A stretch of DNA of 61,480 nucleotides from an uncultured Spirochaetaceae bacterium (GCA_964537725.1 CAZICD010000003.1:5120-66599), one strand, 5' to 3'; shown: positions 38,652 to 47,351, numbered from the stretch's first letter. The notes: generated from the sequence alone by a model not told the origin. Translations and numbers: made by a program.

Positions 38652-40283
38652 TCAGGTGGCGTAGACGCTGTCCATCTCCCACGCATCCAGATGAATGAGG
38701 CGTGCGGCGCGGCCCCGCACGCGCACCGCGACTCCCGTGCTGTCCCCGCGGTGCGGGTAGACGCGCGCGGCGAGCGCCTGTTTCCCGTTGACGAAGACCT
38801 CCACGATGCTCCGGTCGACGAAGACGTGAAGGTCGAGCGTCTCGCCCTCGTCGAGCAGGACGTCCGCGTTCTCCGCGAGGCGGCAGCGTACGTCCGCGCC
38901 GATCGACGAGCGCGTCGTGTCGAGCGAGACGGCGCCGGGGAAGCGGACCGACGGATGGTTGTGCCGACCGTAGTCGTGCCGGCGATAGCCTCCCCGCGGC
39001 ACGTAGACGATGCGCGTCAGCTCCTCGGCGTCCGGCGAGCGCAGGACCTGGAGCTCCACCGCGGCGGCTTCGCTCGGGTCGATCGCGGCCCGGATCTCGA
39101 GCGCGTCTCCCTCGACCCCGCCGAGCACGACGTCCTCGTTCGCCGGCAGCTCGCGGTCCGCGATCGCGTGATGGTCGCGGCGAAGCGACGCGAGCTCGCC
39201 GGTCGGCTGCATCCGCAGATCGTCGCGATGCGGAGCGCCGGCGAGGCTGAGTCTGCGAGGGAGCGTCATGATCTGGTCCCACCCGGCGGGGTCGGTCGGG
39301 ACGGCGGGGTTCATGTTGAACAGCGCGACCACCGATCCGCCCTCGTCCGGCGTCGCCGAGGGCGCGTGGACGCCGCCCGGCGACACGGGCCCGAAGTTGA
39401 ACCGCCCGCCATCGGCGACGACGAAGCTGTGCGCCTCGCGGTCGTAGTCGCCGAGCAGGTATCGGCCGCCGCTCATGTGGCTGAAGTGCAGGAGGATGTG
39501 GTGATCGCCGATCGGCCAGAAGTACGGGCAGGCGAGGTCGTCGCCCACGAGCGAGATCGCGTCGTTGACGACGAAGGGGTGGACGTACTCCCAGTGCAAC
39601 AGGTCGGTCGATCGATGGAGAAACGCGTTCGCGCGCTCCTTCCCACCGGGCCCGGTGGGCAGCGAGCCGCCGGTGAGCGCGTAGTAGACCTCGCCCTCCT
39701 TCCAGATGCACGGATCGAAGACCGCGTAGGGGAGCTCCGGGTCGTCGGGGCCGGCCATCGGGATGACCGGTCCGTCGCCCAGCTTCTCCCAGTTCAAGAG
39801 CAGCGGGTCGCTCGAGACGGCGACCATCGTACCCGCCTTCGTGCCGTGGTAGATCGCGATGACGCGGTCGTCCTCGGCGAGCGTGCTCCCGGAGAAGCAA
39901 CAGTCCTCCGGGCCCGGGTAGATCGCGTAGGGGAGATCGCGCCAGCGCACGAGGTCGTCGCTGACCGCGTGGCCCCAGTGCTGCCGCGGGTCCTCGGGCG
40001 GGTAGGCCTGATAGAAGAGATGCCAGCGGCCCCGCCAGCGGCAGAGGCCGTTCGGATCGTTGAGCGTGCTCTCCGGGCTGACGAAGTGGTACGCCGGGCG
40101 GTAGCGGTCGGTCGCGTAGGCGCTGCGGCTCGCCGCGAACCGTCGGACCAGGGGGTTCTCCGCCAGCTCGCGTTCCTGCCGGGAGAGCTCGCGCGAGAAC
40201 TCGAAGCGCGGGACGCGCGACGGAGGGTTGGGTGGATACCCGCGGGGGCGAGTCGGGTCGATGTCGTTCGATTGGTCGTTCAC
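38652..40283 (-). CDS. GH32-like glycoside hydrolase with non-canonical active-site motifs
   Basis: GTG 40283 forms a GTGA overlap with the lipocalin stop. Motifs YHFVSPESTLNDPNG, WGHAVSDDLVRW, FSGST, and a C-terminal DRSIVEVFVNG sandwich. The RDP position reads FDP and the ECP position reads ACP. Confidence 0.8.
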   Translation of the reverse strand: MNDQSNDIDPTRPRGYPPNPPSRVPRFEFSRELSRQERELAENPLVRRFAASRSAYATDRYRPAYHFVSPESTLNDPNGLCRWRGRWHLFYQAYPPEDPRQHWGHAVSDDLVRWRDLPYAIYPGPEDCCFSGSTLAEDDRVIAIYHGTKAGTMVAVSSDPLLLNWEKLGDGPVIPMAGPDDPELPYAVFDPCIWKEGEVYYALTGGSLPTGPGGKERANAFLHRSTDLLHWEYVHPFVVNDAISLVGDDLACPYFWPIGDHHILLHFSHMSGGRYLLGDYDREAHSFVVADGGRFNFGPVSPGGVHAPSATPDEGGSVVALFNMNPAVPTDPAGWDQIMTLPRRLSLAGAPHRDDLRMQPTGELASLRRDHHAIADRELPANEDVVLGGVEGDALEIRAAIDPSEAAAVELQVLRSPDAEELTRIVYVPRGGYRRHDYGRHNHPSVRFPGAVSLDTTRSSIGADVRCRLAENADVLLDEGETLDLHVFVDRSIVEVFVNGKQALAARVYPHRGDSTGVAVRVRGRAARLIHLDAWEMDSVYAT

Positions 40284-40825
40284 GGGCGCTCCTGGAGCGA
40301 TGTGCGGATGATCTTCTCGCGGTCGAAGCCGCGCTCGGCGAGCCGGTCGACGATGCTCGCGAATACGTCCTCGGGCAGCGCCGGCTCGCGGGCGAGGATC
40401 CAGAGCGTGTCGCGGTCGGGCGTCGTGACGACGGCCCAACGATACGCCGGGTCGAGCTCGATGATGAGATAGTCGGCGTTGAAGAGGCGGAAGAACCGCA
40501 CCTTGAGCCACGAGTTGGAATCGTCGACCGGCCGCGCGACCGCGCGCACCGACTGCTTGCTCGTCCCGTTCGCCTCGTCCTCCCAGCAGTCGTTGCGGAC
40601 TTCCACGCGACCGTCGTCGCGGAGCGTGTAGCGGGCGGTGGAGACGCGGCATTCCCGGCGCTGGAAGAAGTGCGGGTAGCGGGCGACCTGGTACCAGAGC
40701 CCGGCGTAGCGCTCGAGGTCGACCGAATCGACGGTCGCCGGCGGGTTGCCGCGGCGGGTGGACGCGCAGCCGGCGATCAGAACCGCGACGACCGCGAGCG
40801 CGAGGATACCGACTGCAACTCTCAT
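40280..40825 (-). CDS. blc: bacterial lipocalin (outer-membrane lipoprotein Blc)
   Basis: Lipobox LIAGC and motif YAGLWYQVARYP. GGAGAAGG lies upstream of ATG 40825. Confidence 0.85.
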   Translation of the reverse strand: MRVAVGILALAVVAVLIAGCASTRRGNPPATVDSVDLERYAGLWYQVARYPHFFQRRECRVSTARYTLRDDGRVEVRNDCWEDEANGTSKQSVRAVARPVDDSNSWLKVRFFRLFNADYLIIELDPAYRWAVVTTPDRDTLWILAREPALPEDVFASIVDRLAERGFDREKIIRTSLQERP

Positions 40826-40942
40826 ACGACCTTCTCCGATCAATGGTCTCGCCCAATCGTCGCACGGAGGGCGGACGCCGGCAAGCGGACCCCTGTACAC
40901 GCGACCGGACTTTCGATGTACTCGGGGACAGAAGGAGTCCGC

Positions 40943-43246
40943 ATGACAGAGACACTCGACTGGACCTTCCCGCTCCCGCGCACGCACACCGGTGTCCCGC
41001 TCGGCAACGGCCGTACCGGGCTCATCGTGTGGGGCGGCGGCTCGACGCTGCGCATCACGGTGGGGCGGGCCGACCTCTGGGACCACCGCGGCGGGATGCC
41101 GTGGACCGAGCGACAGAACTACCACGATATCCGCGCCCGCCTGGAGGCGAACGACGAGGCGGGGATTCGCGACCTCTTTCGCCCGGAGACCGCGCGCACG
41201 CCGGGGCAGCCGGCGAAGCCGTCGGTGCTGCCCCTGGGGCGGATCGATCTGACCCTCGTCGAGGGCTGGGAGCTCACGAGCGCGCGGCTCGTGCTGGAGG
41301 CCGGCGAGGTGCACGTGGGATACGCGCGCGGCGAGGCGACGAAGGAGATGCGCGTCTCGCTTCACCCGGAGCACGACTTTGCCTGGGTGGTGAACGTCGC
41401 CGACGTCGCGAGCGTCGCCCCGGTGACGAGCTGGGATCTGCTGGGAGATCGGCTCGAGTCGCTCTCGTTCGAGCCGCCGGTCGCACTCGCCGGCGCGGCG
41501 GATGACGGGCCGGCCGGCGGATGGTTCTGGGCGCTTCCGAACGACCCCGGTGTCTGGGTGGCGTGGGGTGCCGCGGGCCGGGGTGCCGCGGCGAGCGGAC
41601 CCGCCGGTCGGAACGCGCTGGTGATCGCAGCCGGTCGAGCTTCGGAGGCTGAGGCGGCCGACGGGGCGCGGACGGCGGCGTTCGCATCGATCGACCTCGA
41701 GCGAGCGGACGAGGAGACGCGCGCCTGGTGGCGCCGCTACTGGCAGCGGGTGCCGCGCATCGGCCTGCCCAACGCGACCCTCCAGGAGATCCACGACTAC
41801 GGGCTCTACCTGTTCGCCGGTCTCACCAACCCGCGCGGGGTCGCGGCGACGCTCCAGGGCCCGTGGATCGAGGAGTACGACTTCCCGCCCTGGTCGAGCG
41901 ACTATCACTTCAACATCAACGTGCAGATGTGCTACAGCCCTGCGGTCCGGGCCGGGCTCTTCGATCATCTGCGGCCGCTCTTCGACCTCGTCTGGTCGTG
42001 GCGTGATCGCCTACGCCGGAACGCGCGCAACTTCATCGGCGTGGAGGACGGCTACATGCTCCCTCACGCGGTGGACGACCGGTGCACGTGCATGGGCACC
42101 TTCTGGACCGGCACGATCGACCACGCGTGCACCGCGTGGGTCGCGCAGATGATGTACGACTACGCCGACTACTCGGGCGACGTGGAGTTCCTCCGGGAGG
42201 TCGCGCTGCCGTTCATGAGGGGCGTCTTCGCGGTCTACCGGGCGATGATGGAGGACGACGGCGAGGCGCTGCGGCTACCGGTCACCGTGTCGCCGGAGTA
42301 CCGCGGCGCGAGCATGGACGCGTGGGGTGCGAACGCGAGCTTCCAGCTCGCCGCGGTCCACAGGCTCTGCGACAATCTGATCGCCGCAGCGGCTGCGGTT
42401 GGGGAGGCTCCTGACCCGGCGTGGGACGAGGTGAGCCGCCGACTGCCGCAGGCGACGCTCACCGGCGACGAATCGCCGCGGATCGCGCTGTGGGAGGGGG
42501 TCGACCTGGAGGAGAGCCATCGGCACCACTCGCACCTCGCAGGCATCGTCCCCTTCGATACGATCGACCCGCTCTCCGACGAGTGGTCGACCATCGTCGC
42601 GAACAGCCTGCGCCACTGGATCGGCGAGGGGATGGGGCTCTGGTCGGGATGGTGCGTGTCGTGGGCCTCGCAGCTGCACGCGCGGGTGCACAACGGCGAG
42701 GGGGCGGAGCTCCTGCTCGAGCTGTGGCGGCGCGTCTTTACGAACGAGGGGCGCGGCTCCATGCACGACGCGGTGATGAACGGGCTCACGCTGATGGGTG
42801 CGCCGCCGCTCCTCCCGCAGGGTGACGCCGGCGGCGGAGGCGACAGCGGCAAGGGGTCTACGACCGGCAACATCCTCACGCAGGCGGAGCGGATGCAGCT
42901 CGACGGCGCGATGGGGGCCGTGGCGGCGGTGCAGGAGATGCTCCTCTACGCGCAGCGGGGCGTGATCCACGTCTTCCCGGCGATCCCCGAGTCGTGGCCG
43001 GGCGCCTCGTTCGAGCGGATGCGCGCGCCCGGCGGGCTCGTGGTGTCCGGCTGGTACGAGTCGGCCGATGCGTGGACCGTCGAGATCGCCGCGACGCGCG
43101 CGGCTTCGGTCGCGGTGCGCCTGCCGGGCTCCTCGTTCACGGCGCGCGACGCGGGTGGCTCGGAGGTCGCGCTAAGCGAGGCGGCCGGCGGCGCCTCGCG
43201 CTTCGAGCTCGACGCGGGAGCGTCGGTGGCGATCTCCTCCCGGTGA
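40943..43246 (+). CDS. GH95-like glycoside hydrolase (alpha-L-fucosidase/galactosidase family fold)
   Basis: N-terminal PLGNGRTGLIVWGG, length about 767 aa, GAAGGAG upstream of ATG 40943. The family call rests on N-terminal motif resemblance only. Confidence 0.65.
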   Translation: MTETLDWTFPLPRTHTGVPLGNGRTGLIVWGGGSTLRITVGRADLWDHRGGMPWTERQNYHDIRARLEANDEAGIRDLFRPETARTPGQPAKPSVLPLGRIDLTLVEGWELTSARLVLEAGEVHVGYARGEATKEMRVSLHPEHDFAWVVNVADVASVAPVTSWDLLGDRLESLSFEPPVALAGAADDGPAGGWFWALPNDPGVWVAWGAAGRGAAASGPAGRNALVIAAGRASEAEAADGARTAAFASIDLERADEETRAWWRRYWQRVPRIGLPNATLQEIHDYGLYLFAGLTNPRGVAATLQGPWIEEYDFPPWSSDYHFNINVQMCYSPAVRAGLFDHLRPLFDLVWSWRDRLRRNARNFIGVEDGYMLPHAVDDRCTCMGTFWTGTIDHACTAWVAQMMYDYADYSGDVEFLREVALPFMRGVFAVYRAMMEDDGEALRLPVTVSPEYRGASMDAWGANASFQLAAVHRLCDNLIAAAAAVGEAPDPAWDEVSRRLPQATLTGDESPRIALWEGVDLEESHRHHSHLAGIVPFDTIDPLSDEWSTIVANSLRHWIGEGMGLWSGWCVSWASQLHARVHNGEGAELLLELWRRVFTNEGRGSMHDAVMNGLTLMGAPPLLPQGDAGGGGDSGKGSTTGNILTQAERMQLDGAMGAVAAVQEMLLYAQRGVIHVFPAIPESWPGASFERMRAPGGLVVSGWYESADAWTVEIAATRAASVAVRLPGSSFTARDAGGSEVALSEAAGGASRFELDAGASVAISSR

Positions 43247-43251
43247 GCGCC

Positions 43252-43316
43252 GCGGCGGAGGCTTCGGTCCATGCCGGCGGCTTCGGCGCGGCGGCGGCTT
43301 CGGCCCATGCCGGCGG
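43252..43316. repeat. imperfect tandem direct repeat (two 29-nt copies 36 nt apart, with GGCTTCGG recurring three times)
   Basis: The copies at 43252..43280 and 43288..43316 differ at 2 positions. They lie in the convergent spacer between GH95 and the hybrid kinase. Confidence 0.6.
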
Positions 43317-43340
43317 GCGCTTACGCGGCGCGGGCCGCCG

Positions 43341-46300
43341 TCACGAATCGTCGCCGCCGAGCACGCGGGCGAGCTCCTGCTCGAGCTCGTGCTCCCGAAT
43401 CGGCTTGGCGACGAAGCCGTTCATCCCTGCCGCGTAGCACTTCTCGATGTCCTCGCCGTAGGTGTGCGCCGTGAGCGCGATGATCGGTACCGGCTCCCGG
43501 CCCTGTTCGAGCTCGCGCGCGCGGATGCGCTCGGTCGCGACGATCCCGCTGATGCCCGGCATGCCCAGGTCCATGAGCACGAGGTCGTAGCGCGGCGAGC
43601 CGAGCGCCTTCTCCACCGCCTCCACCCCGTCCTCTGCGACGTGCGGCGTGTGGCCGAGCGACTCGAGGTGACGCGTCAGATAGAGCCGATTGATCGCTTC
43701 GTCCTCGCAGACGAGAACGCGCAGCGACGCCGAGGACCGCGGTTGCGATGGCGGCGTCTGCGATGGCGACGCCTGCAAAGAAGGCGTCCGGCGTTCCGGA
43801 CCCGGCGAGGCTGGGTCGGCCGGGCGCGCTTCCGATTCGGGCTCGAGCGGAATCATCACGGTGAAACGGCTGCCGCGGTCCGGTTCGCTGTCGACCTCGA
43901 TCGTCCCGCCGACCGCGTCGAGGACGCGCTTCACGATCGCGAGTCCCAGGCCCACGCCCGGGGCCGTCTTCCCGTAGCCGTTGTCGAGCTGGCGGAACTG
44001 CTCGAAGATCTGCTCCTGCTCGTCCGAGTCGATGCCGATCCCCGTGTCTTCCACTTCGATCCGGTACCGACGCACCGGCTCTTCGGGAACCGCGGCGATC
44101 CGGACGCGGACGCTGCCTTCGGTCGTGTACTTGATCGCGTTGCTGACGAGGTTGGTCAGTACCTGGACGAAGCGGTTCGGGTCGCCGATGACCCTCTCGG
44201 GCGCGCCTTCGAGGTCGACGTCGACGTCGAGCCGGATGCGCTTCTCACCGGCCGCGGCGGCGAAGAGCTTCGCGACGTAGCGCGCCGATTCCGCGATCGA
44301 AAACGGAGCCCGACTGAGTCGGAGCTCGCCCGCCTCGATGCGTTCGAAGTCGAGCAGATCGTTGACGAGGGTCGTGAGGTTCTCCGACGAGATGCGGAGG
44401 TAGCGAAGGTACTCGCGCTGACTCAGGTCGAGCGCGCTGTTGTCGAGGAGCGACATCATTCCGGTCATCCCGGTGAGCGGCGTTCGGATCTCGTGGCTCA
44501 TGTTGGCGAGGAACAGCGACTTCTCGCGCGTCGCCTGCTCGGCGAGCGTCCGCGAGCGCTCGATCTCCGCGGTGCGCTCCCGGACCCTCTCCTCGAGCTC
44601 CTCGTTGAGCCGTTCCTGCTCGACGAGTCTGCTCTTCGCCATCCGTTGCCGGCTCTGCAGCGCGAGGAACGCGGCGAGCGCGATCGCCGTCGCGACCAGC
44701 GCGTAGCCCGTGTACGCGACCGGAGTCCCCCACCACGGCGGGTTCACGACGATCGGGATGCTCGCGCCCGCTTCGTTCCAGTTCCCTCGGCTGCCCGCTC
44801 CGCGGACGCGCAGCGTGTACCTGCCCGGCGCGATGTTCGTATAGCTCGCGTAGTTGCGGTTTCCCGCGACGGTCCAGTCGCTGTCGAACCCTTCGAGCAT
44901 GTAGGCGTAGGTATTCTGCGCGGGACTCGAATAGTCGAGCGCGGAGAACTCAAATGAGAAGTACGTGTCGCTGTAGTCGAGCTCGATCGGTTCGTAGCGC
45001 CCGGGCCCCGCGCGCTCGAGGCTGCGCGGCGAACCGAGCACTTCGAAGCTCGTGACGACCACCGGTGGTGCGTACTGCTTCGCGTCCCCGGGTGGTGCAG
45101 CGACAACGGTGATGCCCTCGCTCGAGCCGAAGTAGAGCGCGCCGTCGGGGCCGCGGGCGACGGCCTGGGTGAGCTCGTTCGAGAGCAGGCCGTTCGATGC
45201 GTCGAGCGTACGGGCGAGTCCGGTCTCCGGCTCGTAGACCGATATTCCCCGGTTCGTGGGAAACCAGAGCTCTCCCCGGTCGTCGTCGATCGCGGCCACC
45301 ACGTGATGGCTGGCGAGCCCGTCGTCGGTAGCGATCATGTCGAAGGTGCCGGTGGCGTAGTCGTACCTGTTCACGCCTCCTCCGGCGGTGGCGACCCAGA
45401 GCCGGCCGGAACGGTCCTGGAGGATCACACGGACATTGTTGCTGCTGATGCCCTGCGGGTTATCCGCGTCGTGGAGGTACCTCGTGATGCTGCCGGTATC
45501 GGGATCGAGCCGATTGGCGCCCTGGTTGGTTCCGACCCAGACGTTGTCACGATCGTCGAACACGATGCTCCGTACGAGATTGTCGCTGAGGCTCTCCGGG
45601 TCGTCGGCCCGGTGCCCGATCACCCGGTAGTCGCCGGTATCCGGGTCGTAGATAACGATTCCGGACGTGTTCGTGCCCAACCAGAGCTCGCCCTCCGGCG
45701 ACTCGGCGATCTCGAAGATCGTATCCTCCGGGAGCTCGCCGTCGCTCGCGACGATCCGCTCGAAGTCGTCGGTCTCCGGCCGGTAGCGGTTGAGCCCCAG
45801 GTTCGTGGCGACCCAGAGCCGGCCGCGCGAGTCGCGCGTGACCTCGTTGACGATGTCGTTGCTGAGCGACGCGGGATCGGCGGGGTCGTTCCGGTACTGG
45901 ACGAAGCCCCGGCGGTCAGGGTCGTAGCGGTTGAGCCCGCCGTTGTACACCCCCGCCCAGACGGTGCCGTCCGGGTCGACGTGGATCGTTTCGACCTTGC
46001 CGGGGGCGATCGTCGAGGGGTCGGCGGGGTCGTGCACGAACGTCTGGAAGCGGTTCTCCCACGGGACGTACCTGTTGACTCCGCCGCCGTTGGTGCCGAT
46101 CCATACGATCCCCGACTCGTCCTCGAGAAAGGAGTAGCCGATGTTGTGAGACAGACTCGATGCGCGCGCGTCCTCGCCGGCGACGATGGTCGCGCGCTCG
46201 CCGGTGTCCGGGTCGATGACGGAGACGCCCCCGCCCCACGTGCCCACCCAGAGCCTGCCGTTCGAATCGAACATCATCGTGTAGATGTCGTCGTTTTCGA

Positions 46301-47117
46301 GCCGGATGGTCTCGATTGAGCCGCTGCGTGTGTCGAGCCGCGAGACGCCTCCGTCCCAGGTGCCGAGCCACAGGACGTGGTCGTCGCGCGGGTCGGACAG
46401 AATGCTCATCACGTAGCTCGACGGCAGCGCCATGCCCTCGGGGCCGTCTGCGGTGATCGTCTCGAAGGCGTCTTCGCGCGGAAGGTACCGCGACAGTCCG
46501 CCGTACGTACCGACCCAGAGTCTTCCCAGCCGATCGGTGTGGATGTCGCGTACGACCTTGTCCGGAATCGTGCCCGGTTCCGGCCCCGACGCGTAGCGGA
46601 CGAAGGTCTCCGTGTCCGACTCGAAGCGGTTGAGGCCTTCGAGCGTGCCCACCCACAGCTCTCCGTCCGCGTCGTGCTCGATCGCGACCACGACGTTGTT
46701 GCTCAGCGAGCGCCGGTCGTCGGGGCGGTTCCCGTAGAGCGTGAAGTCGCCTGTCCCGGGCTCGAACCGGTTGAGCCCTCCGTACGTGCCGATCCACAGG
46801 ACGCCGGCGGCACGGTCGTAGTGCATGGTCTGGACCAGGTTGTGCGAGAGCGAGTTCCGGTCGAACGGATCGTGCTCGAACCGCTCGATGGAGTAGCCGT
46901 CGTAACGGTTGAGCCCGGACTGGGTCCCGAACCAGATGAACCCCTCTTCGTCCTGGACGATCGACGAGACGGACGAGCTCGACAGACCGTCGGAGATGCC
47001 CAGGTGGTCGAAGCGGATCCCGCCCGCGAGCGGGTCCGCCGCCACAGGTACGACCGGAAGGGTGAAAACTGCGAGCGCGAACGCGATGGCGACGCACCGC
47101 ATCGACGTGATCGGCAT
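43341..47117 (-). CDS. hybrid sensor histidine kinase/response regulator with an N-terminal beta-propeller (two-component regulator propeller/Y_Y_Y type) sensor
   Basis: Repeated propeller-like units (e.g. ...IWFGTQSGLNRY... and similar GT..GL.R.. segments), one TM helix, H-box MSHEIRTPLTGM, HATPase, and a C-terminal receiver (LVLMDLGMPG). Confidence 0.85.
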   Translation of the reverse strand: MPITSMRCVAIAFALAVFTLPVVPVAADPLAGGIRFDHLGISDGLSSSSVSSIVQDEEGFIWFGTQSGLNRYDGYSIERFEHDPFDRNSLSHNLVQTMHYDRAAGVLWIGTYGGLNRFEPGTGDFTLYGNRPDDRRSLSNNVVVAIEHDADGELWVGTLEGLNRFESDTETFVRYASGPEPGTIPDKVVRDIHTDRLGRLWVGTYGGLSRYLPREDAFETITADGPEGMALPSSYVMSILSDPRDDHVLWLGTWDGGVSRLDTRSGSIETIRLENDDIYTMMFDSNGRLWVGTWGGGVSVIDPDTGERATIVAGEDARASSLSHNIGYSFLEDESGIVWIGTNGGGVNRYVPWENRFQTFVHDPADPSTIAPGKVETIHVDPDGTVWAGVYNGGLNRYDPDRRGFVQYRNDPADPASLSNDIVNEVTRDSRGRLWVATNLGLNRYRPETDDFERIVASDGELPEDTIFEIAESPEGELWLGTNTSGIVIYDPDTGDYRVIGHRADDPESLSDNLVRSIVFDDRDNVWVGTNQGANRLDPDTGSITRYLHDADNPQGISSNNVRVILQDRSGRLWVATAGGGVNRYDYATGTFDMIATDDGLASHHVVAAIDDDRGELWFPTNRGISVYEPETGLARTLDASNGLLSNELTQAVARGPDGALYFGSSEGITVVAAPPGDAKQYAPPVVVTSFEVLGSPRSLERAGPGRYEPIELDYSDTYFSFEFSALDYSSPAQNTYAYMLEGFDSDWTVAGNRNYASYTNIAPGRYTLRVRGAGSRGNWNEAGASIPIVVNPPWWGTPVAYTGYALVATAIALAAFLALQSRQRMAKSRLVEQERLNEELEERVRERTAEIERSRTLAEQATREKSLFLANMSHEIRTPLTGMTGMMSLLDNSALDLSQREYLRYLRISSENLTTLVNDLLDFERIEAGELRLSRAPFSIAESARYVAKLFAAAAGEKRIRLDVDVDLEGAPERVIGDPNRFVQVLTNLVSNAIKYTTEGSVRVRIAAVPEEPVRRYRIEVEDTGIGIDSDEQEQIFEQFRQLDNGYGKTAPGVGLGLAIVKRVLDAVGGTIEVDSEPDRGSRFTVMIPLEPESEARPADPASPGPERRTPSLQASPSQTPPSQPRSSASLRVLVCEDEAINRLYLTRHLESLGHTPHVAEDGVEAVEKALGSPRYDLVLMDLGMPGISGIVATERIRARELEQGREPVPIIALTAHTYGEDIEKCYAAGMNGFVAKPIREHELEQELARVLGGDDS

Positions 47118-47123
47118 TCCGGG

Positions 47124-47152
47124 ATTATTGACTTAATATTGCTATTTGTCAA
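47124..47152 (-). promoter_or_regulatory. near-consensus promoter TTGACA-17-AATAAT for the hybrid kinase, positioned for a leaderless mRNA
   Basis: The minus strand reads TTGACAaatagcaatattaagtcAATAATcccggaATG. The -10 ends 6 nt before the ATG at 47117. Confidence 0.5.
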
Positions 47153-47187
47153 TATGGAGCTCTGAAGCGTCGGTATCCTCGCACGCT

Positions 47188-47201
47188 CGAAACCGGTTTC
47201 C
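47188..47201. promoter_or_regulatory. LacI-family operator-like palindrome, site 1 (CGAAACCGGTTTCC)
   Basis: The inner 12 nt, GAAACCGGTTTC, form a perfect palindrome that fits TGnAAnCGnTTnCA. Confidence 0.5.
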
Positions 47202-47230
47202 GAAACCCGGACGATTCGGACAAGTTTTTC

Positions 47231-47259
47231 TTGACAGATCCGGCAAGTGGCCTCAGAAT
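47231..47259 (+). promoter_or_regulatory. candidate promoter for the sugar transporter operon (TTGACA-17-CAGAAT)
   Basis: Consensus -35 with a 17-nt spacer. Operator-like sites flank it. Confidence 0.4.
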
Positions 47260-47275
47260 CGCCACTAACGGGCGA

Positions 47276-47289
47276 AGAAACCGATTGCA
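47276..47289. promoter_or_regulatory. LacI-family operator-like site 2 (AGAAACCGATTGCA)
   Basis: Matches TGnAAnCGnTTnCA except at the first base. It lies just downstream of the candidate -10. Confidence 0.45.
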
Positions 47290-47307
47290 CGGGGGCATCC
47301 GTCGGTG

Positions 47308-47321
47308 TGAAATCGGTTTCA
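47308..47321. promoter_or_regulatory. LacI-family operator-like site 3 (TGAAATCGGTTTCA)
   Basis: Exact fit to TGnAAnCGnTTnCA. Lies 31 nt upstream of the permease ATG. Confidence 0.55.
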
Positions 47322-47351
47322 GCGCAAATCACGCATAGAGGTGGGCGAGTC

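Noticed and set aside
38583-40472. 629-aa plus-strand ORF
   Set aside because: Antisense to the GH32-like gene. Composition-biased with no motifs.
38652-40955. 767-aa version of the GH32-like ORF, and the 1004-aa version of the GH95-like ORF (40232..43246)
   Set aside because: The N-terminal extensions are Arg-rich and run through the lipocalin gene. In-frame starts at 40283 and 40943 fit the stop-overlap and RBS evidence.
43252-43316. Possible CRISPR array
   Set aside because: There are only two 29-nt copies separated by 7 nt. No spacers of CRISPR length and no cas genes are present.
47124-47156. ATTGAC...GTCAAT inverted repeat as a separate operator
   Set aside because: The right arm is the -35 hexamer of the minus-strand promoter, and the left arm overlaps its -10. 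The symmetry is adequately explained by the AT-rich promoter itself, and I cannot separate an operator from it.
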